Source of the DNA: Eledone cirrhosa
Taxonomy: Eukaryota
NCBI GenBank assembly: GCA_964016885.1
Contig: OZ024740.1
Span: 353,586,001 to 353,650,000 of the forward strand
Length of the DNA: 64,000 nt
Direction of reading: 5' to 3'
Part shown: positions 12,015 to 27,000 of the stretch, one piece after another
Position numbering within the stretch: the first letter of the stretch is position 1
How the letters are laid out: each line of letters opens with the position of its first letter
Program-made: the position numbers and the translations under genes
Notes under the pieces: model-generated
Told to the model about the DNA's origin: nothing
The model's database searches: none
The model's input: the letters and a program-made list of their open reading frames with translations, nothing else

Positions 12015-15000
12015 GAAGAGTGTGTGATGTGGAGTATGTGTAGAGTGTGTAGTGTGAAGTATGTGTAGAGTGTGTGGTGTGTAGTATATGTAGAGTGTGT
12101 GGTGTGTAGTATATGTAGAGTGTGTGGTGTGTAGTATATGTAGAGTGTGTGGTGTTTAGTATATGTAGAGTGTGTGGTGTGTAGTATGTGTAGCGTGTGT
12201 GGTGTGTAGTATGTGTAGAGTGTGTGGCGTGTAGTATGTGTAGAGTGTGTGGTGTGTAGTATGTGTAGAGTGCGTGGTGTGTAGTATATGTAGAGTGTGT
12301 TATGTGTAGTATGTGTAGAGTGTGTGGTGTGTAGTATATGTAGAGTGTGTGGTGTGTAGTATATGTAGAGTGTGTGATGTTGAGTATGTGTAGAGTGTGT
12401 GGCGTGTAGTATATGTAAAGTGTGTAGTGTGTAGTATGTGTAGAGTGTGTGGTGTGTAGTATGTGTAGAGTGTGTGGTGTTTAGTATATGTAGAGTGTGT
12501 GGTGTGTAGTATGTGTAGCGTGTGTGGTGTGTAGTATGTGTAGAGTGTGTGGCGTGTAGTATGTGTAGAGTGTGTGGTGTGTAGTATGTGTAGAGTGCGT
12601 GGTGTGTAGTATATGTAGAGTGTGTGATGTGTAGTATGTGTAGAGTGTGTGATGTGTAGTATGTGTAGAGTGTGTGGTGTGTAGTATGTGTAGAGTGAGT
12701 GATGTGTAGTATGTGTAGAGTGTGTGATGTGTAGTATGTGTAGAGTGTGTAGTGTGTAGTATATGTAGAGTGTGTGGTGTGTAGTATGTGTAGAGTGTGT
12801 GGTGTGTAGTATATGTAGAGTGTGTGGTGTGTAGTATGTGTAGAGTGTGTGATGTGTAGTATGTGTAGAGTGTGTGGTGTGTAGTATGTGTAGAGTGTGT
12901 GATGTGTAGTATGTGTAGAGTGTGTGATGTGTAGAGTGTGTGATGTGTAGTATGTGTAGAGTGTGTGGTGTGTAGTATGTGTAGAGTGTGTGATGTGTAG
13001 TATGTGTAGAGTGTGTGATGTGTAGTATGTGTAGAGTGTGTGATGTGTAGTATGTGTAGAGTGTGTGATGTGTAGTATGTGTAGAGTGTGTGATGTGTAG
13101 TATGTGTAGAGTGTGTGGTGTGTAGTATGTGTAGAGTGTGTGGTGTGTAGTATGTGTAGAATGTGTGGTGTTTAGTATATGTGGAGTGGGTGGTGTGTAG
13201 TATGTGTAGAGTGTGTGATGTGTAATATGTGTAGAATGTGTGGTGTGTAGTATGTGTAGAGTGTGTGATGTGTAGTATGTGTAGTGTGTGTGGTGTGTAG
13301 TAAGTGTAGAGTGTGTGATGTGTAGTATGTGTAGAGTGTGTGATGTGTAGTATGTGTAGAGTGTGTGATGTGTAGTATATGTAGAGTGCGTGGTGTGTAG
13401 TATGTGTAGAGTGTGTGGTGTGTAGTATGTGTAGAGTGTGTGATGTGTAGTATGTGTAGAGTGTGTGGTGTGTAGTATGTGTAGAGTGTGTGATGTGTAG
13501 TATGTGTAGAGTGTGTGATGTGTAGAGTGTGTGATGTGTAGTATGTGTAGAGTGTGTGGTGTGTAGTATGTGTAGAGTGTGTGATGTGTAGTATGTGTAG
13601 AGTGTGTGATGTGTAGTATGTGTAGAGTGTGTGATGTGTAGTATGTGTAGAGTGTGTGATGTGTAGTATGTGTAGAGTGTGTGATGTGTAGTATGTGTAG
13701 AGTGTGTGGTGTGTAGTATGTGTAGAGTGTTTGGTGTGTAGTATGTGTAGAATGTGTGGTGTTTAGTATATGTGGAGTGGGTGGTGTGTAGTATGTGTAG
13801 AGTGTGTGATGTGTAGTATGTGTAGAATGTGTGGTGTGTAGTATGTGTAGAGTGTGTGATGTGTAGTATGTGTAGTGTGTGTGGTGTGTAGTAAGTGTAG
13901 AGTGTGTGATGTGTAGTATGTGTAGAGTGTGTGATGTGTAGTATGTGTAGAGTGTGTGATGTGTAGTATATGTAGAGTGCGTGGTGTGTAGTATGTGTAG
14001 AGTGTGTGGTGTGTAGTATGTGTAGAGTGTGTGATGTGTAGTATGTGTAGAGTGTGTGATGTGTAGTATGTGTAGAGTGTGTGATGTGTAGTATGTGTAG
14101 AGTGTGTGATGTGTAGTATGTGTAGAGTGTGTGATGTGTAGTATATGTGGAGTGGGTGGTGTGTAGTATGTGTAGAGTGTGTGATGTGTAGTATGTGTAG
14201 AATGTGTGGTGTGTAGTATGTGTAGAGTGTGTGATGTGTAGTATGTGTAGAGTGTTTGATGTGTAGTATGTGTAGAGTGTGTGGTGTGTAGTATGTGTAG
14301 AGTGTGTGGTGTGTAGTATGTGTAGAGTGTGATGTGTAGTATGTGTAGAGTGTGTGATGTTGAGTAAGTGTAGAGTGTGTGGTGTGTAGTATGTGTAGAG
14401 TGTGCGATGTGTAGTATATGTGGAGTGTGTGGTGTGTAGTATGTGTAGAGTGTGTGGTGTGTAGTATGTGTAGAGTTTGTGGTGTGTAGTATGTGTAGAG
14501 TGTGTGGTGTTTAGTATATGGAGAGTGTGTGGTGTGTAGTATGTTTAGAGTGTGTGGTGTGTAGAATGTGTGGTGTGTAGTATATGTAGAGTGTATGGTG
14601 TGTAGTATGTGTAGAGTGTGTGATGTGTAGTATATGTAGAGTGTGTGATGTGTAGTATATGTAGAGTGTGTGGTGTGTAGTATATGTAGAGTGTGTGGTG
14701 TGTAGTAAGTGTAGAGTGTGTGATGTGTAGTATGTGTAGAGAGTGTGGTGTGTAGTATGTGTAGAGTGTGTGGTGTGTAGTATATGTAGAGTGTGTGGTG
14801 TGTAGTATGTGTAGAGTATGCGATGTGTAGTATATGTAGAGTGTGTGGTGTGTAGTATGTGTAGAGTGTGTGGTATGTAGTATGTGTAGAGTGTGTGGTG
14901 TGTAGTATGTGTACAATGTGTGGTGTGTATTATATGTAGAGTGTGTGGTGTGTAGTATGTGTAGAGTGTGTGATGTGTAGTATGTGTAGAGAGTGTGGTG

Positions 15001-18000
15001 TGTAGTATGTGTACAATGTGTGGTGTGTAGTATATGTAGAGTGTGTGGTGTGTAGTATGTTTAGAGTGTGTGGTGTTTAGTATATGTAGAGTGTGTGGTG
15101 TGTAGTATGTGTAGAGTGTGTGGTGTGTAGTATGTGTACAATGTGTGGTGTGTAGTATATGTAGTGTGTGGTGTGTAGTATGTGTACAATGTGTGGTGTG
15201 TATTATGTGTAGAGTGTGTAGTGTGTAGTATATGTAGAGTGTGTGGTGTGTAGTATGTGTAGAGTGTGTGGTGTGTAGTATGTGTAGAGTGTGTGATGTG
15301 TAGTATGTGTAGAGTGTGTGGTGTGTAGTATGCGTAGAGTGTGTGGTGTGTAGTATGTGTAGAGTGTGTGATGTGTAGTATGTGTAGAGTGTGTGATGTG
15401 TAGTAAGTGTAGAGTGTCTGGTGTGTAGTATGTGTAGAGTGTGCAATGTGTAGTATATGTAGAGTGTGTGGTGTGTAGTATGTGTAGAGTGTGTGGTGTG
15501 TAGTATGTGTAGAGTGTGTGATGTGTAGTATGTGTAGAGTGTCTGGTGTGTAATATGTGTAGAGTGTGTGGTGTGTAGTATGTGTTGAGTGTGTGGTGTG
15601 TAGTATGTGTAGAGTGTGTGATGTGTAGTATATGTAGAGTGTGTGGTGTGTAGTATGTGTAGAGTGTGTGGTGTGTAGTATGTGTAGAGTATGCGATGTG
15701 TAGTATATGTAGAGTGTGTGGTGTGTAGTATGTGTAGAGTGTGTGGTGTGTAGTATGTGTAGAGTGTGTGGTGTTTAGTATGTGTAGAGTGTGTGGTGTG
15801 TAGTATGTGTAGAGTGTGTGGTGTGTAGTATGTGTAGAGTGTGTGGTGTTTAGTATATGTAGAGTGGGTGGTGTGTAGTATGTGTAGAGTGGGTGATGTG
15901 TAGTATGTGTAGAATGTGTGGTGTGTAGTATGTGTAGAGTGTGTGATGTGTAGTATGTGTAGTGTGTGTGGTGTGTAGTAAGTGTAGAGTGTGTGATGTG
16001 TAGTATGTGTAGAGTGTGTGATGTGTAGTATGTGTGGTGTGTAGTATGTGTAGAGTGTGTGATGTGTAGTATATGTAGAGTGCGTGGTGTGTAGTATGTG
16101 TAGAGTGTGTGGTGTGTAGTATGTGTAGAGTGTGTGATGTGTAGTATGTGTAGAGTGTGTGGTGTGTAGTGTGTGTAGAGTGTTTGATGTGTAGTATGTG
16201 TAGAGTGTGTGGTGTGTAGTATGTGTAGAGTGTGTGGTGTGTAGTATATGTAGAGTGTGATGTGTAGTATGTGTAGAGTGTGTGATGTTGAGTAAGTGTA
16301 GAGTGTGTGGTGTGTAGTATGTGTAGAGTGTGCGATGTGTAGTATATGTAGAGTGTGTGGTGTGTAGTATGTGTAGAGTATGTGGTGTGTAGTATGTGTA
16401 GAGTGTGTGGTGTGTAGTATGTGTAGAGTGTGTGGTGTTTAGTATATGGAGAGTGTGTGGTGTGTAGTATGTTTAGAGTGTGTGGTGTGTAGAGTGTGTG
16501 GTGTGTAGTATATGTAGAGTGTATGGTGTGTAGTATGTGTAGAGTGTGTGATGTGTAGTATATGTAGAGTGTGTGATGTGTAGTATATGTAGAGTGTGTG
16601 GTGTGTAGTATATGTAGAGTGTGTGGTGTGTAGTATGTGTAGAGTGTGTGATGTGTAGTATGTGTAGAGAGTGTGGTGTGTAGTATGTGTAGAGTGTGTG
16701 GTGTGTAGTATATGTAGAGTGTGTGGTGTGTAGTATGTGTAGAGTATGCGATGTGTAGTATATGTAGAGTGTGTGGTGTGTAGTATGTGTAGAGTGTGTG
16801 GTATGTAGTATGTGTAGAGTGTGTGGTGTGTAGTATGTGTACAATGTGTGGTGTGTATTATATGTAGAGTGTGTGGTGTGTAGTATGTGTAGAGTGTGTG
16901 ATGTGTAGTATGTGTAGAGAGTGTGGTGTGTAGTATGTGTAGAGTGTCTGGTGTGTAGTATGTGTACAATATGTGGTGTGTATTATGTGTAGAGTGTGTG
17001 GTGTGTAGTATATGTAGAGTGTGTGGTGTGTAGTATGTGTAGAGTGTGTGGTGTGTAGTATGTGTAGAGTGTGTGATGTGTAGTATGTGTAGAGTGTGTG
17101 GTGTGTAGTATGCGTAGAGTGTGTGGTGTGTAGTATGTGTAGAGGGTGTGATGTGTAGTATGTGTAGAGTGTGTGATGTGTAGTAAGTGTAGAGTGTCTG
17201 GTGTGTAGTATGTGTAGAGTGTGCAATGTGTAGTATATGTAGAGTGTGTGGTGTGTAGTATGTGTAGAGTGTGTGGTGTGTAGTATGTGTAGAGTGTGTG
17301 ATGTGTAGTATGTGTAGAGTGTCTGGTGTGTAATATGTGTAGAGTGTGTGGTGTGTAGTATGTGTCGAGTGTGTGGTGTGTAGTATGTGTAGAGTGTGTG
17401 ATGTGTAGTATATGTAGAGTGTGTGGTGTGTAGTATGTGTAGAGTGTGTGGTGTGTAGTATGTGTAGAGTATGCGATGTGTAGTATATGTAGAGTGTGTG
17501 GTGTGTAGTATGTGTAGAGTGTGTGGTGTGTAGTATGAGTAGAGTGTGTGGTGTGTATATGTGTACAATATGTGGTGTGTAGTATGTGTAGAGTGTGTGA
17601 TGTGTAGTATATGTAGAGTGTGTGGTGTGTAGTATGTGTAGAGTGTGTGGTGTGTAGTATGTGTAGAGTGTGTGATGTGTAGTATGTGTAGAGTGTGTGG
17701 TGTGTAGTATGTGTAGAGTGTTTGGTGTGTAGTATATGTAGAGTGTGTGGTGTGTAGTATGTGTAGAGTATGCGATGTGTAGTATGTGTAGAGTGTGTGG
17801 TGTGTAGTATGTGTAGAGTGTGTGGTGTGTAGTATGTGTAAAATGTGTGGTGTGTAGTATATGTAGAGTGTGTGGTGTGTAGTATGTGTAGAGTGTGTGA
17901 TGTGTAGTATGTGTAGAGAGTGTAGTGTGTAGTATATGTAGAGTGTGTGGTGTGTAGTATGTGTAGAGTGTGTGGTGTGTAGTATGTGTAGAGTGTGCGA

Positions 18001-21000
18001 TGTGTAGTATATGTAGAGTGTGTGGTGTGTAGTATGTGTAGAGTGTGTGGTGTGTAGTATGTGTAGAGTGTGTGGTGTGTAGTATGTGTAGAGTGTGTGA
18101 TGTGTAGTATATGTAGAGTGTGTGGTGTTTAGTATATGCAGAGTGTGTGGTGTGTAGTATGTGTAGAATGTGTGGTGTTTAGTATATGTAGAGTGTGTGG
18201 TGTGTAGTATGTTTAGACTGTGTGGTGTGTAGTATGTGTAGGGTGTGTGGTGTGTAGTATATGTAGAGTGTATGGTGTGTAGTATGTGTAGAGTGTGTGA
18301 TGTGTAGTATATGTAGAGTGTGTGATGTGTAGTATATGTAGAGTGTGTGGTGTGTAGTATATGTAGAGTGTGTGGTGTGTAGTATTTGTAGAGTGTGTGG
18401 TGTGTAGTATGTGTTGAGTGTGTGGTGTGTAGTATGTGTAGAGTGTGTGATGTGTAGTATATGTAGAGTGTGTGTGGTGTGTAGTATGTGTAGAGTGTGT
18501 GATGTGTAGTATGTGTAGAGTGTGTGGTGTGTGGTATGTGTAGAGTGTGTGGTGTGTAGTATGTGTAGAGTGTGTCATGTGTAGTATGTGTAGTAAGTGT
18601 AGAGTGTGTGGTGTGTAATATGTGTAGAGTGTGCGATGTGTAGTATATGTAGAGTGTGTGGTGTGTAGTATGTGTAGAGTGTGTGGTGTTTAGTATATGT
18701 AGAGTGTGTGGTGTGTAGTATGTTTAGAGTGTGTGGAGTGTAGTATGTGTAGAGTGTGTGGTGTGTAGTATATGTAGAGTGTGTGATGTGTAGTATATGT
18801 AGAGTGTGTGGTGTGTAGTATATGTAGAGTGTGTGGTGTGTAGTATGTGTAGAGTGTGTGATGTGTAGTATGTGTAGAGAGTGTGGTGTGTAGTATGTGT
18901 ACAATGTGTGGTGTGTAGTATATGTAGAGTGTGTGGTGTGTAGTATGTGTAGAGTATGCGATGTGTATTATATGTAGAGTGTGTGGTGTGTAGTATGTGT
19001 AGAGTGTGTGGTGTGTAGTATGTGTAGAGTGTGTGGTGTGTAGTATATGTGTACAATGTGTGGTGTGTATTATATGTAGAGTGTGTGGTGTGTAGTATGT
19101 GTAGAGTGTGTGATGTGTAGTATGTGTAGAGAGTGTGGTGTGTAGTATGTGTAGAGTGTGTGGTGTGTAGTATGTGTACAATGTGTGGTGTGTAGTATAT
19201 GTAGATTTTGTGGTGTGTAGTATGTGTAGAGTGTGTGGTGTGTAGTATATGTAGAGTGTGTGGTGTGTAGTATGTGTAGAGTGTGTGGTGTGTAGTATGT
19301 GTACAATGTGTGGTGTGTAGTATATGTAGAGAGTGTGGTGTGTAGTATGTGTAGAGTGTGTGATGTGTAGTATGTGTACAATGTGTGGTGTGTAGGATAT
19401 GTAGAGTGTGTGGTGTGTAGTATGTGTAGAGTGTGTGGTGTTTAGTATATGTAGAGTGTGTGGTGTGTAGTATGTGTAGAGTGTGTGGTGTGTAGTATGT
19501 GTAGAGTGTGTGATGTGTAGTATGTGTAGAGTGTCTGGTGTGTAATATGTGTAGAGTGTGTGGTGTGTAGTATGTGTGGCGTGTAGTATGTGTAGAGTGT
19601 GTGATCTGTAGTATATGTAGAGTGTGTGGTGTGTAGTATGTGTAGAGTGTGTGGTGTGTAGTATGTGTAGAGTATGCGATGTGTAGTATATGTAGAGTGT
19701 GTGGTGTGTAGTATGTGTAGAGTGTGTGGTGTGTAGTATGAGTAGAGTGTGTGGTGTGTATATGTGTACAATGTGTGGTGTGTAGTATGTGTAGAGTGTG
19801 TGATGTGTAGTATATGTAGAGTGTGTGGTGTGTAGTATGTGTAGAGTGTGTGGTGTGTAGTATGTGTAGAGTGTGTGATGTGTAGTATGTGTAGAGTGTG
19901 TCGTGTGTAGTATGTGTAGAGTGTGTGGTGTGGAATACATGTAGAGTGTGTGGTGTGTAGTATGTGTAGAGTGTGTGGTCTGTAGTATGTGTAGAGTGTG
20001 TGGTGTGTAGTATGTGTAGAGTGTGTGGTGTGTAGTATATGTAGAGTGTGTGGTGTGTAGTATGTGTAGAGTGTGTGATGTGTAGTATGTGTAGAGAGTG
20101 TAGTGTGTAGTATGTTTAGAGTGGGTGGTGTGTAGTATGTGTAGGGTGTGTGGTGTGTAGTATATGTAGAGTTTATGGTGTGTATTATGTGTAGAGTGTG
20201 TGGTGTGTAGTATGTGTAGAGTGTGTGATGTGTAGTATGTGTAGAGTGTCTGGTGTGTAGTATGTGTAGAATGTGTGGTGTTTAGTATATGTAGAGTGTG
20301 TGGTGTGTAGTATGTTTAGAGTGTGTGGTGTGTAGTATGTGTAGGGTGTGTGGTGTGTAGTATATGTAGAGTGTATGGTGTGTATTATGTGTAGAGTGTG
20401 TGATGTGTAGTATATGTAGAGTGTGTGATGTGTAGTATGTGTAGAGAGTGTAGTGTGTAGTATATGTAGAGTGTGTGGTGTGTAGTATGTGTAGACTGTG
20501 TGGTGTGTAGTATGTGTAGAATGTGCGATCTGTAGTATATGTAGAGTGTGTGGTGTGTAGTATGTGTAGAGTGTGTGGTGTGTAGTATGTGTAGAGTGTG
20601 TGGTGTGTAGTATGTTTAGAGTGTGTGATGTGTAGTATATGTAGAGTGTGTGGTGTTTAGTATATGCAGAGTGTGTGGTGTGTAGTATGTGTAGAATGTG
20701 TGGTGTTTAGTATATATAGAGTGTGTGGTGTGTAGTATGTTTAGAGTGTGTGTAGTATGTGTAGGGTGTGTGGTGTGTAGTATATGTAGAGTATATGGTG
20801 TGTATTATGTGTAGAGTGTGTGATGTGTAGTATATGTAGAGTGTGTGATGTGTAGTATATGTAGAGTGTGTGGTGTGTAGTATATGTAGAGTGTGTGGTG
20901 TGTAGTATGTGTAGAGTGTGTGATGTGTAGTACGTGTAGAGTGTGTGATGTGTAGTAAGTGTAGAGTGTCTGGTGTGTAGTATGTGTAGAGTGTGCAATG

Positions 21001-24000
21001 TGTAGTATATGTAGAGTGTGTGGTGTGTAGTATGTGTAGAGTGTGTGGTGTGTAGTATGTGTAGAGTGTGTGATGTGTAGTATGTGTAGAGTGTCTTGTG
21101 TGTAATATGTGTAGAGTGTGTGGTGTGTAGTATGTGTCGAGTGTGTGGTGTGTAGTATGTGTAGAGTGTGTGATGTGTAGTATATGTAGAGTGTGTGGTG
21201 TGTAGTATGTGTAGAGTGTGTGGTGTGTAGTATGTGTAGAGTATGCGATGTGTAGTATATGTAGAGTGTGTGGTGTGTAGTATGTGTAGAGTGTGTGGTG
21301 TGTAGTATGAGTAGAGTGTGTGGTGTGTATATGTGTACAATATGTGGTGTGTAGTATGTGTAGAGTGTGTGATGTGTAGTATATGTAGAGTGTGTGGTGT
21401 GTAGTATGTGTAGTGTGTGTGGTGTGTAGTATGTGTAGAGTGTGTGATGTGTAGTATGTGTAGAGTGTGTGGTGTGTAGTATGTGTAGAGTGTTTGGTGT
21501 GTAGTATATGTAGAGTGTGTGGTGTGTAGTATGTGTAGAGTATGCGATGTGTAGTATGTGTAGAGTGTGTGGTGTGTAGTATGTGTAGAGTGTGTGGTGT
21601 GTAGTATGTGTACAATGTGTGGTGTGTAGTATATGTAGAGTGTGTGGTGTGTAGTATGTGTAGAGTGTGTGATGTGTAGTATGTGTAGAGAGTGTAGTGT
21701 GTAGTATATGTAGAGTGTGTGGTGTGTAGTATGTGTAGAGTGTGTGGTGTGTAGTATGTGTAGAGTGTGCGATGTGTAGTATATGTAGAGTGTTTGGTGT
21801 GTAGTATGTGTAGAGTGTGTGGTGTGTAGTATGTGTAGAGTGTGTGGTGTGTAGTATGTGTAGAGTGTGTGATGTGTAGTATATGTAGAGTGTGTGGTGT
21901 TTAGTATATGCAGAGTGTGTGGTGTGTAGTATGTGTAGAATGTGTGGTGTTTAGTATATGTAGAGTGTGTGGTGTGTAGTATGTTTAGACTGTGTGGTGT
22001 GTAGTATGTGTAGGGTGTGTGGTGTGTAGTTTATGTAGAGTGTATGATGTGTAGTATGTGTAGAGTGTGTGATGTGTAGTATATGTAGAGTGTGTGGTGT
22101 GTAGTATATGTAGAGTGTGTGGTGTGTAGTATTTGTAGAGTGTGTGGTGTGTAGTATGTGTTGAGTGTGTGGTGTGTAGTATGTGTAGAGTGTGTGATGT
22201 GTAGTATATGTAGAGTGTGTGTGGTGTGTAGTATGTGTAGAGTGTGTGATGTGTAGTATGTGTAGAGTGTGTGGTGTGTAGTATGTGTAGAGTGTGTGGT
22301 GTGTAGTATGTGTAGAGTGTGTCATGTGTAGTATGTGTAGTAAGTGTAGAGTGTGTGGTGTGTAGTATGTGTAGAGTGTGCGATGTGTAGTATATGTAGA
22401 GTGTGTGGTGTGTAGTATGTGTAGAGTGTGTGGTGTTTAGTATATGTAGAGTGTGTGGTGTGTAGTATGTTTAGAGTGTGTGGAGTGTAGTATGTGTAGA
22501 GTGTGTGGTGTGTAGTATATGTAGAGTGTATGGTGTGTAGTATGTGTAGAGTGTGTGATGTGTAGTATATGTAGAGTGTGTGATGTGTAGTATATGTAGA
22601 GTGTGTGGTGTGTAGTATATGTAGAGTGTGTGGTGTGTAGTATGTGTAGAGTGTGTGATGTGTAGTATGTGTAGAGAGTGTGGTGTGTAGTATGTGTACA
22701 ATGTGTGGTGTGTAGTATATGTAGAGTGTGTGGTGTGTAGTATGTGTAGAGTATGCGATGTGTATTATATGTAGAGTGTGTGGTGTGTAGTATGTGTAGA
22801 GTGTGTGGTGTGTAGTATGTGTAGAGTGTGTGGTGTGTAGTATATGTGTACAATGTGTGGTGTGTATTATATGTAGAGTGTGTGGTGTGTAGTATGTGTA
22901 GAGTGTGTGATGTGTAGTATGTGTAGAGAGTGTGGTGTGTAGTATGTGTAGAGTGTGTGGTGTGTAGTATGTGTACAATGTGTGGTGTGTAGTATATGTA
23001 GAGTTTGTGGTGTGTAGTATGTGTAGAGTGTGTGGTGTGTAGTATATGTAGAGTGTGTGGTGTGTAGTATGTGTAGAGTGTGTGGTGTGTAGTATGTGTA
23101 CAATGTGTGGTGTGTAGTATATGTAGAGAGTGTGGTGTGTAGTATGTGTAGAGTGTGTGATGTGTAGTATGTGTACAATGTGTGGTGTGTAGTATATGTA
23201 GAGTGTGTGGTGTGTAGTATGTGTAGAGTGTGTGGTGTTTAGTATATGTAGAGTGTGTGGTGTGTAGTATGTGTAGAGTGTGTGGTGTGTAGTATGTGTA
23301 GAGTGTGTGATGTGTAGTATGTGTAGAGTGTCTGGTGTAATATGTGTAGAGTGTGTGGTGTGTAGTATGTGTGGCGTGTAGTATGTGTAGAGTGTGTGAT
23401 CTGTAGTATATGTAGAGTGTGTGGTGTGTAGTATGTGTAGAGTGTGTGGTGTGTAGTATGTGTAGAGTATGCGATGTGTAGTATATGTAGAGTGTGTGGT
23501 GTGTAGTATGTGTAGAGTGTGTGGTGTGTAGTATGAGTAGAGTGTGTGGTGTGTATATGTGTACAATGTGTGGTGTGTAGTATGTGTAGAGTGTGTGATG
23601 TGTAGTATATGTAGAGTGTGTGGTGTGTAGTATGTGTAGAGTGTGTGGTGTGTAGTATGTGTAGAGTGTGTGATGTGTAGTATGTGTAGAGTGTGTCGTG
23701 TGTAGTATGTGTAGAGTGTGTGGTGTGGAATACATGTAGAGTGTGTGGTGTGTAGTATGTGTAGAGTGTGTGGTGTGTAGTATGTGTAGAGTGTGTGGTG
23801 TGTAGTATGTGTAGAGTGTGTGGTGTGTAGTATGTGTACAATGTGTGGTGTGTAGTATATGTAGAGTGTGTGGTGTGTAGTATGTGTAGAGTGTGTGATG
23901 TGTAGTATGTGTAGAGAGTGTAGTGTGTAGTATATGTAGAGTGTGTGGTGTGTAGTATGTTTAGAGTGTGTGTGGTGTGTAGCATGTGTAGGGTGTGTGG

Positions 24001-27000
24001 TGTGTAGTATATGTAGAGTGTATGGTGTGTATTATGTGTAGAGTGTGTGGTGTGTAGTATGTGTAGAGTGTGTGATGTGTAGTATGTGTAGAGTGTCTGG
24101 TGTGTAGTATGTGTAGAATGTGTGGTGTTTAGTATATGTAGAGTGTGTGGTGTGTAGTATGTTTAGAGTGTGTGGTGTGTAGTATGTGTAGGGTGTGTGG
24201 TGTGTAGTATATGTAGAGTGTATGGTGTGTATTATGTGTAGAGTGTGTGATGTGTAGTATATGTAGAGTGTGTGATGTGTAGTATATGTAGAGTGTGTGG
24301 TGTGTAGTATATGTAGAGTGTGTGTTGTGTAGTATGTGTAGAGTGTGTGGTGTGTAGTATGTGTACAATGTGTGGTGTGTAGTATATGTAGAGTGTGTGG
24401 TGTGTAGTATGTGTAGAGTGTGTGATGTGTAGTATGTGTAGAGAGTGTAGTGTGTAGTATATGTAGAGTGTGTGGTGTGTAGTATGTGTAGACTGTGTGG
24501 TGTGTAGTATGTGTAGAGTGTGCGATGTGTAGTATATGTAGAGTGTGTGGTGTGTAGTATGTGTAGAGTGTGTGGTGTGTAGTATGTTTAGAGTGTGTGA
24601 TGTGTAGTATATGTAGAGTGTGTGGTGTTTAGTATATGCAGAGTGTGTGGTGTGTAGTATGTGTAGAATGTGTGGTGTTTAGTATATGTAGAGTGTGTGG
24701 TGTGTAGTATGTTTAGAGTGTGTGTAGTATGTGTAGGGTGTGTGGTGTGTAGTATATGTAGAGTGTATGGTGTGTATTATGTGTAGAGTGTGTGATGTGT
24801 AGTATATGTAGAGTGTGTGATGTGTAGTATATGTAGAGTGTGTGGTGTGTAGTATATGTAGAGTGTGTGATGTGTAGTAAGTGTAGAGTGTCTGGTGTGT
24901 AGTATGTGTAGAGTGTGCAATGTGTAGTATATGTAGAGTGTGTGGTGTGTAGTATGTGTAGAGTGTGTGGTGTGTAGTATGTGTAGAGTGTGTGATGTGT
25001 AGTATGTGTAGAGTGTCTTGTGTGTAATATGTGTAGAGTGTGTGGTGTGTAGTATGTGTCGAGTGTGTGGTGTGTAGTATGTGTAGAGTGTGTGATGTGT
25101 AGTATATGTAGAGTGTGTGGTGTGTAGTATGTGTAGAGTGTGTGGTGTGTAGTATGTGTAGAGTATGCGATGTGTAGTATATGTAGAGTGTGTGGTGTGT
25201 AGTATGTGTAGAGTGTGTGGTGTGTAGTATGAGTAGAGTGTGTGGTGTGTATATGTGTACAATATGTGGTGTGTAGTATGTGTAGAGTGTGTGATGTGTA
25301 GTATATGTAGAGTGTGTGGTGTGTAGTATGTGTAGAGTGTGTGGTGTGTAGTATGTGTAGAGTGTGTGATGTGTAGTATGTGTAGAGTGTGTGGTGTGTA
25401 GTATGTGTAGAGTGTTTGGTGTGTAGTATATGTAGAGTGTGTGGTGTGTAGTATGTGTAGAGTATGCGATGTGTAGTATGTGTAGAGTGTGTGGTGTGTA
25501 GTATGTGTAGAGTGTGTGGTGTGTAGTATGTGTACAATGTGTGGTGTGTAGTATATGTAGAGTGTGTGGTGTGTAGTATGTGTAGAGTGTGTGATGTGTA
25601 GTATGTGTAGAGAGTGTAGTGTGTAGTATATGTAGAGTGTGTGGTGTGTAGTATGTGTAGAGTGTGTGGTGTGTAGTATGTGTAGAGTGTGCGATGTGTA
25701 GTATATGTAGAGTGTTTGGTGTGTAGTATGTGTAGAGTGTGTGGTGTGTAGTATGTGTAGAGTGTGTGGTGTGTAGTATGTGTAGAGTGTGTGATGTGTA
25801 GTATATGTAGAGTGTGTGGTGTTTAGTATATGCAGAGTGTGTGGTGTGTAGTATGTGTAGAATGTGTGGTGTTTAGTATATGTAGAGTGTGTGGTGTGTA
25901 GTATGTTTAGACTGTGTGGTGTGTAGTATGTGTAGGGTGTGTGGTGTGTAGTATATGTAGAGTGTATGGTGTGTAGTATGTGTAGAGTGTGTGATGTGTA
26001 GTATATGTAGAGTGTGTGGTGTGTAGTATATGTAGAGTGTGTGGTGTGTAGTATTTGTAGAGTGTGTGGTGTGTAGTATGTGTTGAGTGTGTGGTGTGTA
26101 GTATGTGTAGAGTGTGTGATGTGTAGTATATGTAGAGTGTGTGTGGTGTGTAGTATGTGTAGAGTGTGTGATGTGTAGTATGTGTAGAGTGTGTGGTGTG
26201 TAGTATGTGTAGAGTGTGTGTTGTGTAGTATGTGTAGAGTGTGTCATGTGTAGTATGTGTAGTAAGTGTAGAGTGTGTGGTGTGTAGTATGTGTAGAGTG
26301 TGCGATGTGTAGTATATGTAGAGTGTGTGGTGTGTAGTATGTGTAGAGTGTGTGGTGTTTAGTATATGTAGAGTGTGTGGTGTGTAGTATGTTTAGAGTG
26401 TGTGGAGTGTAGTATGTGTAGAGTGTGTGGTGTGTAGTATATGTAGAGTGTATGGTGTGTAGTATGTGTAGAGTGTGTGATGTGTAGTATATGTAGAGTG
26501 TGTGATGTGTAGTATATGTAGAGTGTGTGGTGTGTAGTATATGTAGAGTGTGTGGTGTGTAGTATGTGTAGAGTGTGTGATGTGTAGTATGTGTAGAGAG
26601 TGTGGTGTGTAGTATGTGTACAATGTGTGGTGTGTAGTATATGTAGAGTGTGTGGTGTGTAGTATGTGTAGAGTATGCGATGTGTATTATATGTAGAGTG
26701 TGTGGTGTGTAGTATGTGTAGAGTGTGTGGTGTGTAGTATGTGTAGAGTGTGTGGTGTGTAGTATATGTGTACAATGTGTGGTGTGTATTATATGTAGAG
26801 TGTGTGGTGTGTAGTATGTGTAGAGTGTGTGATGTGTAGTATGTGTAGAGAGTGTGGTGTGTAGTATGTGTAGAGTGTGTGGTGTGTAGTATGTGTACAA
26901 TGTGTGGTGTGTAGTATATGTAGAGTTTGTGGTGTGTAGTATGTGTAGAGTGTGTGGTGTGTAGTATATGTAGAGTGTGTGGTGTGTAGTATGTGTAGAG

